64,000 nucleotides of DNA, taken from an uncultured Candidatus Saccharibacteria bacterium. Lineage in GTDB: Bacteria; Patescibacteriota; Saccharimonadia; Saccharimonadales; AWTP1-31. The first letter of the stretch is position 1; the number at the start of each line of letters is the position of its first letter. The notes beneath the pieces are model-generated. The model saw only the letters and a list, made by a program, of their open reading frames with translations. It did not search any database and had not been told where the DNA came from. Shown here in pieces: positions 1-9,321 of this stretch. The stretch lies in assembly GCA_937903325.1 (NCBI GenBank), contig CALCZR010000056.1, positions 451 to 64,450 of the forward strand. Reading direction: 5' to 3'. The translations under genes and the position numbers were made by a program.

Positions 1-91
1 TTGTCTAGCAATGTGCTTTTTACATTATTTCTTTCCGCTTCCACCCCTATTAAAGTTCGATAATCGTACTGTATCTCCTGCCATATTTAGC

Positions 92-119
92 GCCCGGTCT
101 TGTACCGGGCTTTAAATTT
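92..119 (+). terminator. Possible rho-independent terminator at the window edge
   Basis: 7-bp stem gcccggt/accgggc with a 5-nt loop, followed by tttaaattt. Frame 1 is open from nt 1 to a TAA at 61-63, so this may close an upstream + strand gene. Confidence 0.3.
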
Positions 120-148
120 GGATCAAGAATAAAAAAGCCTGGCGTCTG

Positions 149-1258
149 TTAATAGCTATTGAAAATCGTCTCAAGTGTTGGCCACAAGGAATTTGTCTTG
201 TTGTACGGCACAGCATCTTGCTGGTAATACCACCAGAAATACCCTCCGACATATCGTGGGCCGAGTGCTGCTTTGAGACTGCCGTGCATGCCATAATAGC
301 GATTTGCGATCTGTTGCTTCTGGGTGAGCGTAGGGTCAGAAGGTAGACCATCAGTCGTGCCCTGTGCTCCAATTTCTCCCATGCCGATTTTTGCATGAGG
401 GAATATTGTTTGTAGCTGGCTAAAGATATCGATAAAGTTCTGGTTGGTCGGCGTCGCGCTGGGGTCACAAGCAGTTTCGTAGAAACTCAAGAATACGTAG
501 TCGACACCATTTTTAATATCACTGGACAAAGACTGTGCAAACGGTATGGTCTGCTCCCAGTTGTTCGAATAGCAATCGTGGCTAGGCCAGTAGTTTAATG
601 TAATGGCCGAGTTCAAATTCAAGCTCGCGTTATCTTTCTCGACGACGTCATATACTGCCTGTACTTTAGGTAGTACTGTCGCCGGGGTACCGACCCACTC
701 TCCGTTTAATTCGTTTCCGATCTCATATATATCGATCTTCTTGCCGTAAGTGTTTACGAAGTTCTGGGTACGCTGCGTATAACTGGCAAGACTGGTGTTC
801 TTGACGGCTGTTGAGTCAAGGATCTCACCCATGATATAACTCGTTCCTCGGAGGGTATCTACGGCCGCCGTGTAGTCGTTTGGTTGAGTGCCGTTCTGAA
901 ACACAATGCGGGTGATCGGCCTTTTGGTATGTCTGCTGAGTGAAGTGGTGAGCGCTGACAGGTCGCCAACGTCTTCGGTTGTTACTCCATATAGTGTATC
1001 CGGTACGGTACGACCGAGGGCTGCACTAAAAGCGTCAGAAGTAGTACCAAACTTAACAGCTTTCTTATTGCTTGTCTCAGAAACTTCTACAGAAGATGCA
1101 GTATTAGAGATGTTACCATCTTCAGCTTCAATGGACGCCGCAGGACTAGCGGCTTTAGAGAGCACAAGCGTGCCAATACCTATAATGACCAGTAGTACAG
1201 GGATGACAAAGCGAGCATGCTTGAGTACTATTCTATGTTTAGCAGAACGCCGTTTCAT
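149..1258 (-). CDS. Secreted or membrane-anchored glycoside-hydrolase-like protein (TIM-barrel, clan GH-A-like)
   Basis: Basic N-terminus plus a hydrophobic helix (FVIPVLLVIIGIGTLVL). IYEIGNELNGEW (N-E acid/base-type motif) and GMGEIG (nucleophile-type Glu) lie about 110 aa apart, as in GH-A hydrolases. The family cannot be assigned by eye. Confidence 0.5.
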   Translation of the reverse strand: MKRRSAKHRIVLKHARFVIPVLLVIIGIGTLVLSKAASPAASIEAEDGNISNTASSVEVSETSNKKAVKFGTTSDAFSAALGRTVPDTLYGVTTEDVGDLSALTTSLSRHTKRPITRIVFQNGTQPNDYTAAVDTLRGTSYIMGEILDSTAVKNTSLASYTQRTQNFVNTYGKKIDIYEIGNELNGEWVGTPATVLPKVQAVYDVVEKDNASLNLNSAITLNYWPSHDCYSNNWEQTIPFAQSLSSDIKNGVDYVFLSFYETACDPSATPTNQNFIDIFSQLQTIFPHAKIGMGEIGAQGTTDGLPSDPTLTQKQQIANRYYGMHGSLKAALGPRYVGGYFWWYYQQDAVPYNKTNSLWPTLETIFNSY

Positions 1259-1330
1259 TATGATTAAGTATAACCTGCTGCAGAGTAATGCCGTACAGTT
1301 TGCGCTAACCTCTCTCTGCTACACTTATTA

Positions 1331-2428
1331 GTGATGACTATACTTCTGATTCTTGCTGGCCTCATTGCCTCTATCTATATATTCTTCCAGGTCTATCCTC
1401 CTTTCGGCGGCAAGACCGCTGTAAGCAAGAAGCAACGTTCAAAGAACTTTAAAGACGGTAAATTCGTAAACCAGATACCCACTTCCATGAACATGGATCT
1501 AAAAGGGATGATTTCTATCTTACGGGATCAGCTCCGCAAGCATCCCGGACGTAGACCCGCGCAAAAACTAGTGCCCGAGCATCTCAATACTGTCGAAACA
1601 GCAGATGCGAAGCAGGAGCAGGTCACCTGGTTTGGGCACTCGGCGTTTCTGCTGCAGATCGCTGGCAAGAACCTACTACTAGACCCTATGTTCGGACGCT
1701 CTCCCTCCCCGATTCCCGCTATTGGTCCGCAGCGATTTAGCGACCAGCTGCCAGCAGATCCTAATGACTTGCCGCCTATCGACGCAGTGCTGATTTCTCA
1801 TGATCACTACGACCACCTGGATTACGGGTCTATTAAGAAACTGGCCGGTAAAACTACTATGTTCTTCGTGCCGCTAGGCCTGGCTGCTCACTTGCAGAAA
1901 TGGGGCGTCAAGCAGGAACAGATTACGGAATTAGATTGGTGGGATGAACGTAAGTTCGAAGGCTTTACTTTTGTCTGTACTCCTTCTCGGCACTTTTCAG
2001 GTAGAACACTGACAGACCGATTCGCAACACTGTGGTGTTCGTGGACTATTAAGACTGACACAACCAGTATCTTCCATAGTGGTGATACTGGCTACGGGCC
2101 GCACTTTAAGCAGATAGGTGATAAATACGGACCGTTTGACCTGACGCTCATGGAGTGCGGCCAGTACGACCCGCGGTGGTCGAATATTCATATGTTCCCC
2201 GAACAAACAGTGACTGCCCACAAAGACCTCCGCGGTAAGCGCATGATCCCTATGCACTGGGGAGCCTTCGTATTGTCCCTGCACGACTGGACGGATCCGG
2301 TGAAGCGAGCGCTGGCAGCAGGTGAAAAAGAAGGTGCAGTAATCATGACGCCGAAGATTGGTGAAGTGGTACACTTCAAGGCCAAAGACTACCCCACTGA
2401 CAAGTGGTGGGAAAAGTACGAAGCATAG
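1331..2428 (+). CDS. MBL-fold metallo-hydrolase (NAPE-PLD/COG2220-like) with an N-terminal membrane helix
   Basis: SHDHYDHLD metal-binding motif. WFGHSAFLLQ...LLLDPMF is typical of this subfamily. N-terminal helix MMTILLILAGLIASIYIFF. GTG at 1331 or ATG at 1334. Confidence 0.7.
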   Translation: MMTILLILAGLIASIYIFFQVYPPFGGKTAVSKKQRSKNFKDGKFVNQIPTSMNMDLKGMISILRDQLRKHPGRRPAQKLVPEHLNTVETADAKQEQVTWFGHSAFLLQIAGKNLLLDPMFGRSPSPIPAIGPQRFSDQLPADPNDLPPIDAVLISHDHYDHLDYGSIKKLAGKTTMFFVPLGLAAHLQKWGVKQEQITELDWWDERKFEGFTFVCTPSRHFSGRTLTDRFATLWCSWTIKTDTTSIFHSGDTGYGPHFKQIGDKYGPFDLTLMECGQYDPRWSNIHMFPEQTVTAHKDLRGKRMIPMHWGAFVLSLHDWTDPVKRALAAGEKEGAVIMTPKIGEVVHFKAKDYPTDKWWEKYEA

Positions 2429-2434
2429 AACAAG

Positions 2435-2850
2435 TTATTTAAGCTGCCGGCGTGACAGTGTGTGGTAAGGCCTGATTCTTCTCGAACGCCTAAAGGTACG
2501 TAGCCGCATTTCTAATACATTCTCACTTTGACTGAGCAGTGGCGTATAAAGCGGAGTTGCCAAGGGCAATTCTTCGTAGCTATCCCAAGATTCTTGCTTA
2601 TTCATTAGTTCTGTCCCCCAATAACCAAGATGCGCATGTCTGGCAGTAGAGTCTTGGCGTCGTCGTAGCGCATACCAATTTTGATACCAAGGTTCCTCGC
2701 TTCTTTTGAGCACGACAAGATGAATCGCTCACGGGTGGCGAAGGCCCAAGTTTTCTGTAGTTGTGCATCGTCGGCCATTGCTAAAGTGGTTTGTAAGAAA
2801 GTACTTGAATTGTTCATAAGAGTCTCCAAAAATATGTAATAAAAATTCAA
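2435..2850 (-). pseudogene. Frameshifted, truncated remnant of a Y-family (DinB/UmuC-like) DNA polymerase
   Basis: ORF 2605-2850 (ILSCSKEARNLGIKIGMRYDDAKTLLPDMRIL) resembles the N-terminal VVLSNNDGCVIARSAEAKALGIKMG region of UmuC/DinB. The similarity continues in another frame (SYEEL...YTPLLSQSENVLEM versus YTPLVEPLSIDEAFLDV) with the catalytic DE lost. Only about 140 of roughly 350-420 codons remain. Confidence 0.5.
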
Positions 2851-3112
2851 CTGAAGAGTTTACCAGTTGGAACGGATTTGTTTTGGAGCTGCCTGTTGTC
2901 GATTGCCTACCGTTCGGTGACGCTCGGACAGGTATAGCTGAGGATGACGCACAGGGACCGGAGTATGATTGTCAGAATAATAAAGTCTGCAAACTATGGC
3001 CTCTTTGGATCGGTTGATCCAAGCTAGCTCATGCCTCCATGACTACCCACTATTATAGACCGTATTGTCAACATTATGTAGATGTTCTGCTTATGCTATC
3101 TATAGCGGTGCT

Positions 3113-3143
3113 CTGCCAAAGAAAAACCGCCCTGGTGGGCGGT
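3113..3143 (-). terminator. Rho-independent terminator after rpmG
   Basis: On the minus strand: accgccc-acca-gggcggt followed by ttttctttgg, 4 nt after the rpmG stop. Confidence 0.7.
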
Positions 3144-3146
3144 CTG

Positions 3147-3344
3147 CTATTTCTTTACTTCGTTTCGTCCAAGAGATTTCTTGGTCTCTGAGTACCACAC
3201 ATGCTTACGAGCCACTGGGTCATATTTCTTCAGACGTAGTTTGTCTGGAGTATTCATAGTGTTCTTCTTGGTGTAGTAATGTCGGTGACCGGTTTCTTCC
3301 GAAACAAGTCCAACAATCTTGCGTTTATCAGTTTTCTTAGCCAT
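3147..3344 (-). CDS. rpmG: 50S ribosomal protein L33 (bL33), cysteine-free form
   Basis: [55 protein letters not shown] matches the L33 pattern. The Zn-ribbon Cys pairs are replaced. Confidence 0.9.
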   Translation of the reverse strand: MAKKTDKRKIVGLVSEETGHRHYYTKKNTMNTPDKLRLKKYDPVARKHVWYSETKKSLGRNEVKK

Positions 3345-3438
3345 ATAGGTGAATATTCTAACAGATAAGCAGGCAGAATGCTAGACCTTTCTTGAGGAAA
3401 TAAAAAACTCCGCGACGATTGCGGAGGATTAAACGTAA

Positions 3439-3513
<75 letters not shown>

Positions 3514-3572
3514 GCGACCGAAGTATTTTAACAGACTATAGCCTAACCGTAAATGCAGCTAATGACACACCG

Positions 3573-3983
3573 CTAAAACAATGTCGATTGGCGTGAGTTA
3601 TAACGAATCGATTGCTGAACAGGAACTAAGGGAATAGGTTGTCTAATGGCATCAGGACGTATTGCTATTCCTCCGACTTCTATCCACCCCGAAACCAAGC
3701 GTGTAAGAAGGCCTACTTCGTTGCTCGGAACAAAATCGGTAGCTAGATCAAATGTACCTGGTAGTAGATCTGCGTGATCACGATGTCCTATCATGGGCAG
3801 TGTTAAGTGTGGAATGCTCTCCACAAACCCATTAATAGCGATAGCTGCGGCACTATTTGTGCATTCAGCGATGTGCTCACCTTCTACAATCACTAGACCC
3901 TGTGGCATGCCAAGGGTAAACACTGCCGCATCTCCTGGAAATCGGGCACGTAGGAAACTAAGGTTTTCTGCTCCAACTGACAT
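3573..3983 (-). CDS. Hypothetical protein (136 aa)
   Basis: ORF only. No motif recognised. Confidence 0.45.
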   Translation of the reverse strand: MSVGAENLSFLRARFPGDAAVFTLGMPQGLVIVEGEHIAECTNSAAAIAINGFVESIPHLTLPMIGHRDHADLLPGTFDLATDFVPSNEVGLLTRLVSGWIEVGGIAIRPDAIRQPIPLVPVQQSIRYNSRQSTLF

Positions 3984-4087
3984 CTTAACTTAAGCTTAAC
4001 TGCTTTGAAGTAAGTTCTCAATGCTTTGCTGTGTTAAGCACAACCTATTATGACTGCACCGTACGTGGTACAGGGTTTTCGGCAGAG

Positions 4088-4405
4088 TCAGAACCGGTTT
4101 GGTTGGTGAGATGCCCAGGCCGACCATCGTCCAAACTGCTCAGTAGTCGTAGCTAATCGTCCAATTCTTGCCCTGACACCCTTATCATCCATTAGCTCTA
4201 CATGTGTGGGAAATTCATTATCACCACTCGCGGGATTATATGACCGCGCATCATCGTAGAAGCCTAGTGCCTGCTGCAGAACACGTATGCGTTCTTGTGC
4301 CTCTTCCAAAGTGTCAGGTATAGGTGCACTATCCCACTTCCCGTCGCCACCTGGTAAGAAAAAATCACCGGTTTCTGCCATGGCATTAATATAACATACT
4401 CGCAA
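4088..4405 (-). CDS. Hypothetical protein (105 aa from TTG 4405, or 97 aa from ATG 4381)
   Basis: ORF only. No motif recognised. Confidence 0.4.
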   Translation of the reverse strand: MRVCYINAMAETGDFFLPGGDGKWDSAPIPDTLEEAQERIRVLQQALGFYDDARSYNPASGDNEFPTHVELMDDKGVRARIGRLATTTEQFGRWSAWASHQPNRF

Positions 4406-4461
4406 AATTATAACGTGGTTACAGATCCATGAAGGATTGTTGACAAAGCCAGAACCTTGGT

Positions 4462-4668
4462 CTAGATGATTCCTGCTGCATGATCTCTTTTGTATAGCTC
4501 ATAGTCTGCACAGTACTTGTCAGTTGCTTGTATGTCCATAGTCTTACGATGACATTTGAATTGTTGCTGCATTTCTTCCTTTGACATCGGATTCTTGTCT
4601 CTAAGGTAGGCTATGCACCCGGTAATAATGAGCACAAGAATAGCCAGTACGATTCCAATCTTTTTCAT
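4462..4668 (-). CDS. Small putative lipoprotein (68 aa)
   Basis: MKKIGIVLAILVLIITGC: signal peptide ending in a lipobox-like LIITG-C. Confidence 0.5.
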   Translation of the reverse strand: MKKIGIVLAILVLIITGCIAYLRDKNPMSKEEMQQQFKCHRKTMDIQATDKYCADYELYKRDHAAGII

Positions 4669-4680
4669 GACTTAAGTGTA

Positions 4681-4710
4681 GCAAAAGAACACTAGGAATA
4701 TCCTAGTGTT
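4681..4710 (-). terminator. Hairpin terminator after the Nudix gene
   Basis: 10-bp stem aacactagga/tcctagtgtt with a 3-nt loop, followed on the minus strand by cttttgc. Confidence 0.5.
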
Positions 4711-4740
4711 TCTACTTCTAGCAGGCGAGATGTAGTGTCG

Positions 4741-5262
4741 TTAACGAGAAGAGAGTTCTTTTATCGCAACAGCGGACATAATATGATCGTATTCTGCGTG
4801 GCCGGTCATTTGATCTGGCGTAAGTTCCGAAGGCAACTTCCATAAGTATTCGCTTACTTCTTCGTTTGGCTTGAAAGTTCTATGTCTAATGTTGGCAAAC
4901 ATCACCACCGCGAGTAGCTGTTTTGTGACCGAATCTTGCGTGTAAATATCCACTCTACTCCCAGCATAAGTAAGCTCGCTATAGTCTGCAGGGCTTAATC
5001 CTAGCTCTTCGTGCAGCTCACGATGGATTGCTTCCTCAAATGTTTCATTTGGGTCAACAAACCCGCCCGGTAAGTTCAGCTTTCCATTACTAAACTGGCT
5101 TTTTCTTCTGCCAACAAGTATTCGACCGTCTTCATCAAACAATAAAGCATCAATTGTAGGTATTGGATTTAAGAATATACGTCGCTTACAGAATGGGCAG
5201 TACCATTCTATATTTGTCTTTCGTACTTCAAGCTCACCGCCACACCTGTCGCAGTATTTCAT
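4741..5262 (-). CDS. Nudix hydrolase with an N-terminal zinc ribbon (NudC-like architecture)
   Basis: Start trimmed to ATG 5262 (MKYCDRCGG) because the longer ORF runs into tRNA-Tyr. CDRC...CPFC zinc ribbon. Nudix box GGFVDPNETFEEAIHRELHEELGL. The NudC SQPWPFP signature was not seen. Confidence 0.75.
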   Translation of the reverse strand: MKYCDRCGGELEVRKTNIEWYCPFCKRRIFLNPIPTIDALLFDEDGRILVGRRKSQFSNGKLNLPGGFVDPNETFEEAIHRELHEELGLSPADYSELTYAGSRVDIYTQDSVTKQLLAVVMFANIRHRTFKPNEEVSEYLWKLPSELTPDQMTGHAEYDHIMSAVAIKELSSR

Positions 5263-5307
5263 AGGAATATTATAACAAAAGCACCTCTTTCGAAGTGCTC
5301 GTGGTTT

Positions 5308-5393
5308 TGGTGCAGGGAGAGGGATTCGAACCCCCGAAGGCATAAGCCAGCAGATTTACAGTCTGCCGTGTTTGACCGCTTCACTATCCCTGC
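5308..5393 (-). tRNA. tRNA-Tyr (anticodon GTA), long variable arm, CCA encoded
   Basis: Reverse complement GCAGGGATAGTGAAGCGGTCAAACACGGCAGACTGTAAATCTGC...GGGGGTTCGAATCCCTCTCCCTGCACCA, with anticodon loop CTGTAAA. Confidence 0.9.
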
Positions 5394-5402
5394 ATGTAAA
5401 TA

Positions 5403-5479
5403 TGGAGCCGCCTGTCGGATTCGAACCGACGACCTACGGTTTACAAAACCGTCGCTCTAACCAACTGAGCTAAGGCGGC
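5403..5479 (-). tRNA. tRNA-Thr (anticodon TGT), CCA encoded
   Basis: Reverse complement GCCGCCTTAGCTCAGTTGGTTAGAGCGACGGTTTTGTAAACCGTAGGTCGTCGGTTCGAATCCGACAGGCGGCTCCA, with anticodon loop TTTGTAA. Confidence 0.9.
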
Positions 5480-5512
5480 GAAAATAACTAGATAAGTGTA
5501 CCAAAACAGGGG

Positions 5513-6184
5513 TTAAATAACAACCCGTCGTGGGCGAACAACTCGTTTTGGTCGTCCTGCTGGCACTATAAGCTTCTTGAGTTTCTGCTCTATCTCGTCT
5601 GCCTCGAGCTGCATACCTTTATCTAGGTATGCCTTATGCAAGAGATGGAAGGTTTCTTTGTTGGGTTCAAGCTCGGCGGCTTTTTCAAGCTCGTTCATCA
5701 TGATCTTCTCGTTACCGAGTTGTTCTTGTACCTTGGCGTAGGCAATATGTCGAGCAGCGAGATCATCTTCAAGTTTTAGGGCTTGTTCAAACGCAATAGC
5801 TGCTTTTTCGTAGTTCTCGGTCTCGTAGTAGATGAGGCCTAGGTTATGGAGGCTTGACGGTGTTGACTCAATACTACTGGCAATCTCGAAACAGTCGATA
5901 GCGTCTTTGTACTCTTTCTGTTTAGCGTAGAGAATACCAAGACGGTTGTAGGCTGCGGCGTTGCGCTCATCGATCTTCAGAATAGTCAGGAGTGCTTTCT
6001 CAGCACGTAGGAATCTATTCTCTCGCATGCCTTGGTGTGCAATGTCCCACAGCTTCCCTACTTTGTCGCTAATTTTTCGGGGGAGAACAGACAGCTCCTC
6101 GTCGCTTACATGCGACCCACGGAGTGCAACAACACCGAATGCCAATACGAGAATAAGTTCAAGCATTACTGTATATTGTAGCAC
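5513..6184 (-). CDS. Membrane-anchored TPR-repeat protein
   Basis: N-terminal helix LELILVLAFGVVAL. Repeated A..Y..LG..Y TPR-like units (AAAYNRLGILYAKQKEYKDAIDCFE, LHNLGLIYYETENYEKAAIAFEQAL). Confidence 0.7.
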   Translation of the reverse strand: MLQYTVMLELILVLAFGVVALRGSHVSDEELSVLPRKISDKVGKLWDIAHQGMRENRFLRAEKALLTILKIDERNAAAYNRLGILYAKQKEYKDAIDCFEIASSIESTPSSLHNLGLIYYETENYEKAAIAFEQALKLEDDLAARHIAYAKVQEQLGNEKIMMNELEKAAELEPNKETFHLLHKAYLDKGMQLEADEIEQKLKKLIVPAGRPKRVVRPRRVVI

Positions 6185-6217
6185 ACTAACACTACCAAAT
6201 GGGGACCAGTAGAGGGG

Positions 6218-7066
6218 TTATAACGCAAGGAAAAGATCGGTCAGTAGTAGTTTGGCAGATGGATTACGCTTCTGAGCATCCTCAGCAGCCACGACGGCTT
6301 GCAGCCTATTCTTCCAGGCGTTTGTAGCGGATCCACCCTTTTGTGCAGCTTGCACCAGTGCGGCATGGCAAATACGCTCCAGGGCTTTGAGGAACAATGG
6401 CACCTGCTTTTCCTTGGCTATGGCATCTACCTGACATAGGCGCGTATAGGCATTGCCTGCAAGAACTGCCTTGGCTAGCTGGATTTGTTCTACCAGTGGG
6501 TGGGCGGTGTCCTCTTCTAAGATCGCATGTAGTAACCCTACGTATCCTTCACTGAGGTAAAAAGCTTTCTCGATATCCACTGCCTTGTGGTTTTTACCGA
6601 ATAATTCAAGAGCTGCTTCTTTACTCGGTGGCAGGACTGTGACCTGTTGGAGACGGGATAAGATAGTCGGCAGTAATTGTTGGGTAGCTGACGCCGTTAA
6701 GATAATGACGGTATCTGCTGGCGGTTCCTCGAGGAGTTTTAGAAAAGCGTTCTGTGCCTCGATGCTCATGGTCTGCGCCTGCTCGACAATAACGACACGA
6801 CGGATTGTCTCAGACCCTGGTACCTTGAGCTGCATGAGCTTCTGTGCCGCCCGAATATTCTCAATACTTACACTGGTATCACTACGCAGCCATAAGGTAT
6901 AGGGATGACTATCCAGCGCGCCAGCATCTATGTTTAGAAGATCTGCAGCTATTTTCTGAGCTACACTGCCCTTGCCGCTCCCTTCCGGCCCGCTAATAAG
7001 CAAGGCATGAGCTGGCTGGCTCACAAAGTCCTGTATGGCTTTAGCGGTCGCTGGGTGCAGTAGCAT
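6218..7066 (-). CDS. holB: DNA polymerase III delta-prime subunit
   Basis: Walker-A-like GPEGSGKGS and FLKLLEEPPADTVIIL, the clamp-loader signatures. Confidence 0.8.
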   Translation of the reverse strand: MLLHPATAKAIQDFVSQPAHALLISGPEGSGKGSVAQKIAADLLNIDAGALDSHPYTLWLRSDTSVSIENIRAAQKLMQLKVPGSETIRRVVIVEQAQTMSIEAQNAFLKLLEEPPADTVIILTASATQQLLPTILSRLQQVTVLPPSKEAALELFGKNHKAVDIEKAFYLSEGYVGLLHAILEEDTAHPLVEQIQLAKAVLAGNAYTRLCQVDAIAKEKQVPLFLKALERICHAALVQAAQKGGSATNAWKNRLQAVVAAEDAQKRNPSAKLLLTDLFLAL

Positions 7067-7068
7067 AC

Positions 7069-7920
7069 TTAGCTCACTAAAGTATTAAACTCGTCAGGAG
7101 TTTTGCTGGTGAAGGTTTTGTGTTCGCCGTTCGGCAATGTTAGTTCAAGGCTGAGTGCGTGGAGGAATACTCGCTGAGCTGGTTTTGCACCGTATAGCAC
7201 GTCGCCAACGATAGGGTGCTCTAGTTGACTGAGGTGTACACGTAGCTGGTGGGTCCGCCCTGTGGTAGGCTTGAGTTCTACGAGGCTATATTCGTCATTA
7301 CTCGCAAGAACCTTGTACTGCGTTTGTGCTGGCTTTCCGTTAGGACCAACCCTAAAGGTCTGAGGCTTCTTTGGATTTCGTTCGATAGGCATGTCGATAA
7401 TCGCCTCAGGTTCTGCGAGATGCCCCTCTATGACGGCTAGATACGTTTTCTTAGCCTTACGGTCGGCGAACTGGTCTTGTAGCCACTTCAAAGCCTTATC
7501 GTGACGAGCACAGATAAGTAGACCGGATGTAACGCGGTCTAGCCGGTGCACGATCCCTCCCCGGTTATCTTCCATGCCAGTCGTGTACGGACGAATAAAG
7601 GTTGATACGGTGGCTTCAGGGTTAAAGACACCCTTACTGTGTGTGAGTACGCCTTCTGGTTTGTATACAACCAGACAGTCATCGTCTTGGTACAGAATGT
7701 CTAGGGAGATATCTGGAATGTCGGTGAGAGCTGTTGGCTCAAACTCGAGCGACACGGTGTCACCCTCTTGTACTTTGGTCGGCGCTTTGTAAGCAACCTT
7801 ACCGTTAATACTGACCTTACCTTGGTCGATTAAGACCTTAACAAAAGATCTGCTGACAGCTAATTCCTTAGCAACGGCAGCGTCAATCCGTCCTGACTGG
7901 GGGGCGATAAATTCTTGCAC
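7069..7920 (-). CDS. RluA-family (RluD-like) 23S rRNA pseudouridine synthase
   Basis: N-terminal S4-like domain and the catalytic motif HRLDRVTSGLLICA. Confidence 0.85.
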   Translation of the reverse strand: MQEFIAPQSGRIDAAVAKELAVSRSFVKVLIDQGKVSINGKVAYKAPTKVQEGDTVSLEFEPTALTDIPDISLDILYQDDDCLVVYKPEGVLTHSKGVFNPEATVSTFIRPYTTGMEDNRGGIVHRLDRVTSGLLICARHDKALKWLQDQFADRKAKKTYLAVIEGHLAEPEAIIDMPIERNPKKPQTFRVGPNGKPAQTQYKVLASNDEYSLVELKPTTGRTHQLRVHLSQLEHPIVGDVLYGAKPAQRVFLHALSLELTLPNGEHKTFTSKTPDEFNTLVS

Positions 7921-8264
7921 TAGACTTTGATCCTAAAGAACACGTATTCACTCTGCGCGTCGCCCGTGTTTTCGATTCGGTGTTCGGTATCAGGTGGAAA
8001 GATAAAAAGGTCACCGACGGCATAGTCGTATGAGCCATCTCGATCTTCAACTATGCCGCTACCCTTAAGTACGTACATGACTTCTTCTACACCAGGGTGG
8101 TCATGCCAGTCAAAAGCTTTGCCAGCGTTTAGATAGCCGTGCGTCATGGCTTCAATGTTATTGCTTGCAGTCTGACCTTTGTCTATATACAAACGCCGTG
8201 AACCACTTCCACCATGCGCTTCTTCTAAAGGGATATCTTGTAAGGTCTTCTTGGTTATTTTCAA
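7920..8264 (-). CDS. Cupin-domain protein
   Basis: Cupin motifs WHDHPGVEEVMYVLKG and GDLFIFPPDTEHRIEN. Overlaps both neighbours at start and stop, suggesting an operon. Confidence 0.7.
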   Translation of the reverse strand: MKITKKTLQDIPLEEAHGGSGSRRLYIDKGQTASNNIEAMTHGYLNAGKAFDWHDHPGVEEVMYVLKGSGIVEDRDGSYDYAVGDLFIFPPDTEHRIENTGDAQSEYVFFRIKV

Positions 8265-9289
8265 CGGAGACCCACTGCTTTCTGTACTAGCAGTAGCCTT
8301 GCGCCCGCCTGCTCGCGCATTGCCTGCTCAGATGCCTCTAGCTTGGCAGTAAGCGAGTCTTGATCGACGCTCGCTAGCTTAGCCTGGAAGTCTGTCAGGA
8401 ATTCTTTAGCAGCCTGACCGACATTTGCCTTTAGTGGTCCATATTGAGTCTCGCCAGCATATGACTGTGCTACTTCTTGTACGGTACGGTTTGTGAGCAA
8501 TGCCTCGATCTGCAGTAGGTTACTGACACCAGGCTGGTTAACGGGATCGAAGTCGATCTTGCCAAGGCTGTCGGTGGTTGCTGAGTTAATCTTCTTGGCG
8601 GCCGCTTCTGGATCGTCTCCAAGGAAGATAATGCCTTTTTCTGACTCGTCTGACTTGCTCATCTTCTTACTTGGATCTGCAAGATCCTTGATACGGAGCC
8701 CCTGGTCTTTGCCAAAGAATTCGTGTTGTTCTTTGACGGACTTAGGAATAACAAACAACTCACCAAACTTGTTGTTGAGTCGTTCGGCAATATCGCGGGT
8801 GTATTCCAAATGCTGTGACTGGTCGTCACCTACCGGTACGTAGTCCGTTCCATAAAGCAGGATGTCTGCTGCCATAAGTACCGGGTAATCAAACAAGCCT
8901 AAACTAACTCGTTCATCGCCAATTTTGGCGGACTTATCTTTGAATTGTGTCATTCGACTCATTTCACCGAACCCGGTAAAAGAGTTTAAAATAACAGTAA
9001 GTTCTGAATGTGCGGGTATATAGCTTTGTCGGTAAATATGTACGTCTGGATTATCTAATGGCAATCCTGCCGCCACAAACAAGCGCAGATTATGTAGGAT
9101 CTGTTCTTGTAGTACAGTATGGTCTATAGGTGTTGTGAAACTATGGAGATCGGGCATGAACAGGTTGATCTGGTAAGTACCAGCGTGTTTCTTGGCCATA
9201 TCGACCAATGGTAGTAATGCGCCAAAATAGTTACCAATATGTAGATCGTTGTTGGCCCGAAGACCAGTCAAAATTACTTGTTTACTCAT
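8261..9289 (-). CDS. trpS: Tryptophan--tRNA ligase
   Basis: Class I motifs HIGNYFGA (HIGH) and KMSKS. Length and sequence are typical of TrpRS. Confidence 0.9.
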   Translation of the reverse strand: MSKQVILTGLRANNDLHIGNYFGALLPLVDMAKKHAGTYQINLFMPDLHSFTTPIDHTVLQEQILHNLRLFVAAGLPLDNPDVHIYRQSYIPAHSELTVILNSFTGFGEMSRMTQFKDKSAKIGDERVSLGLFDYPVLMAADILLYGTDYVPVGDDQSQHLEYTRDIAERLNNKFGELFVIPKSVKEQHEFFGKDQGLRIKDLADPSKKMSKSDESEKGIIFLGDDPEAAAKKINSATTDSLGKIDFDPVNQPGVSNLLQIEALLTNRTVQEVAQSYAGETQYGPLKANVGQAAKEFLTDFQAKLASVDQDSLTAKLEASEQAMREQAGARLLLVQKAVGLR

Positions 9290-9321
9290 ATTACCTCTTA
9301 TTATACGTTATGAAACGCGTA

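Noticed and set aside
112-468. 118-aa minus-strand ORF
   Set aside because: It overlaps the 3' part of the glycoside-hydrolase-like CDS in another frame. Its translation is Arg/Ser-rich with no features.
2851-3112. LexA/SOS box upstream of the Y-family polymerase remnant
   Set aside because: Only a CGAAC half-site (complement of ccgttcg, near 2920) is present. No matching GTTCG half-site lies at 4-nt spacing.
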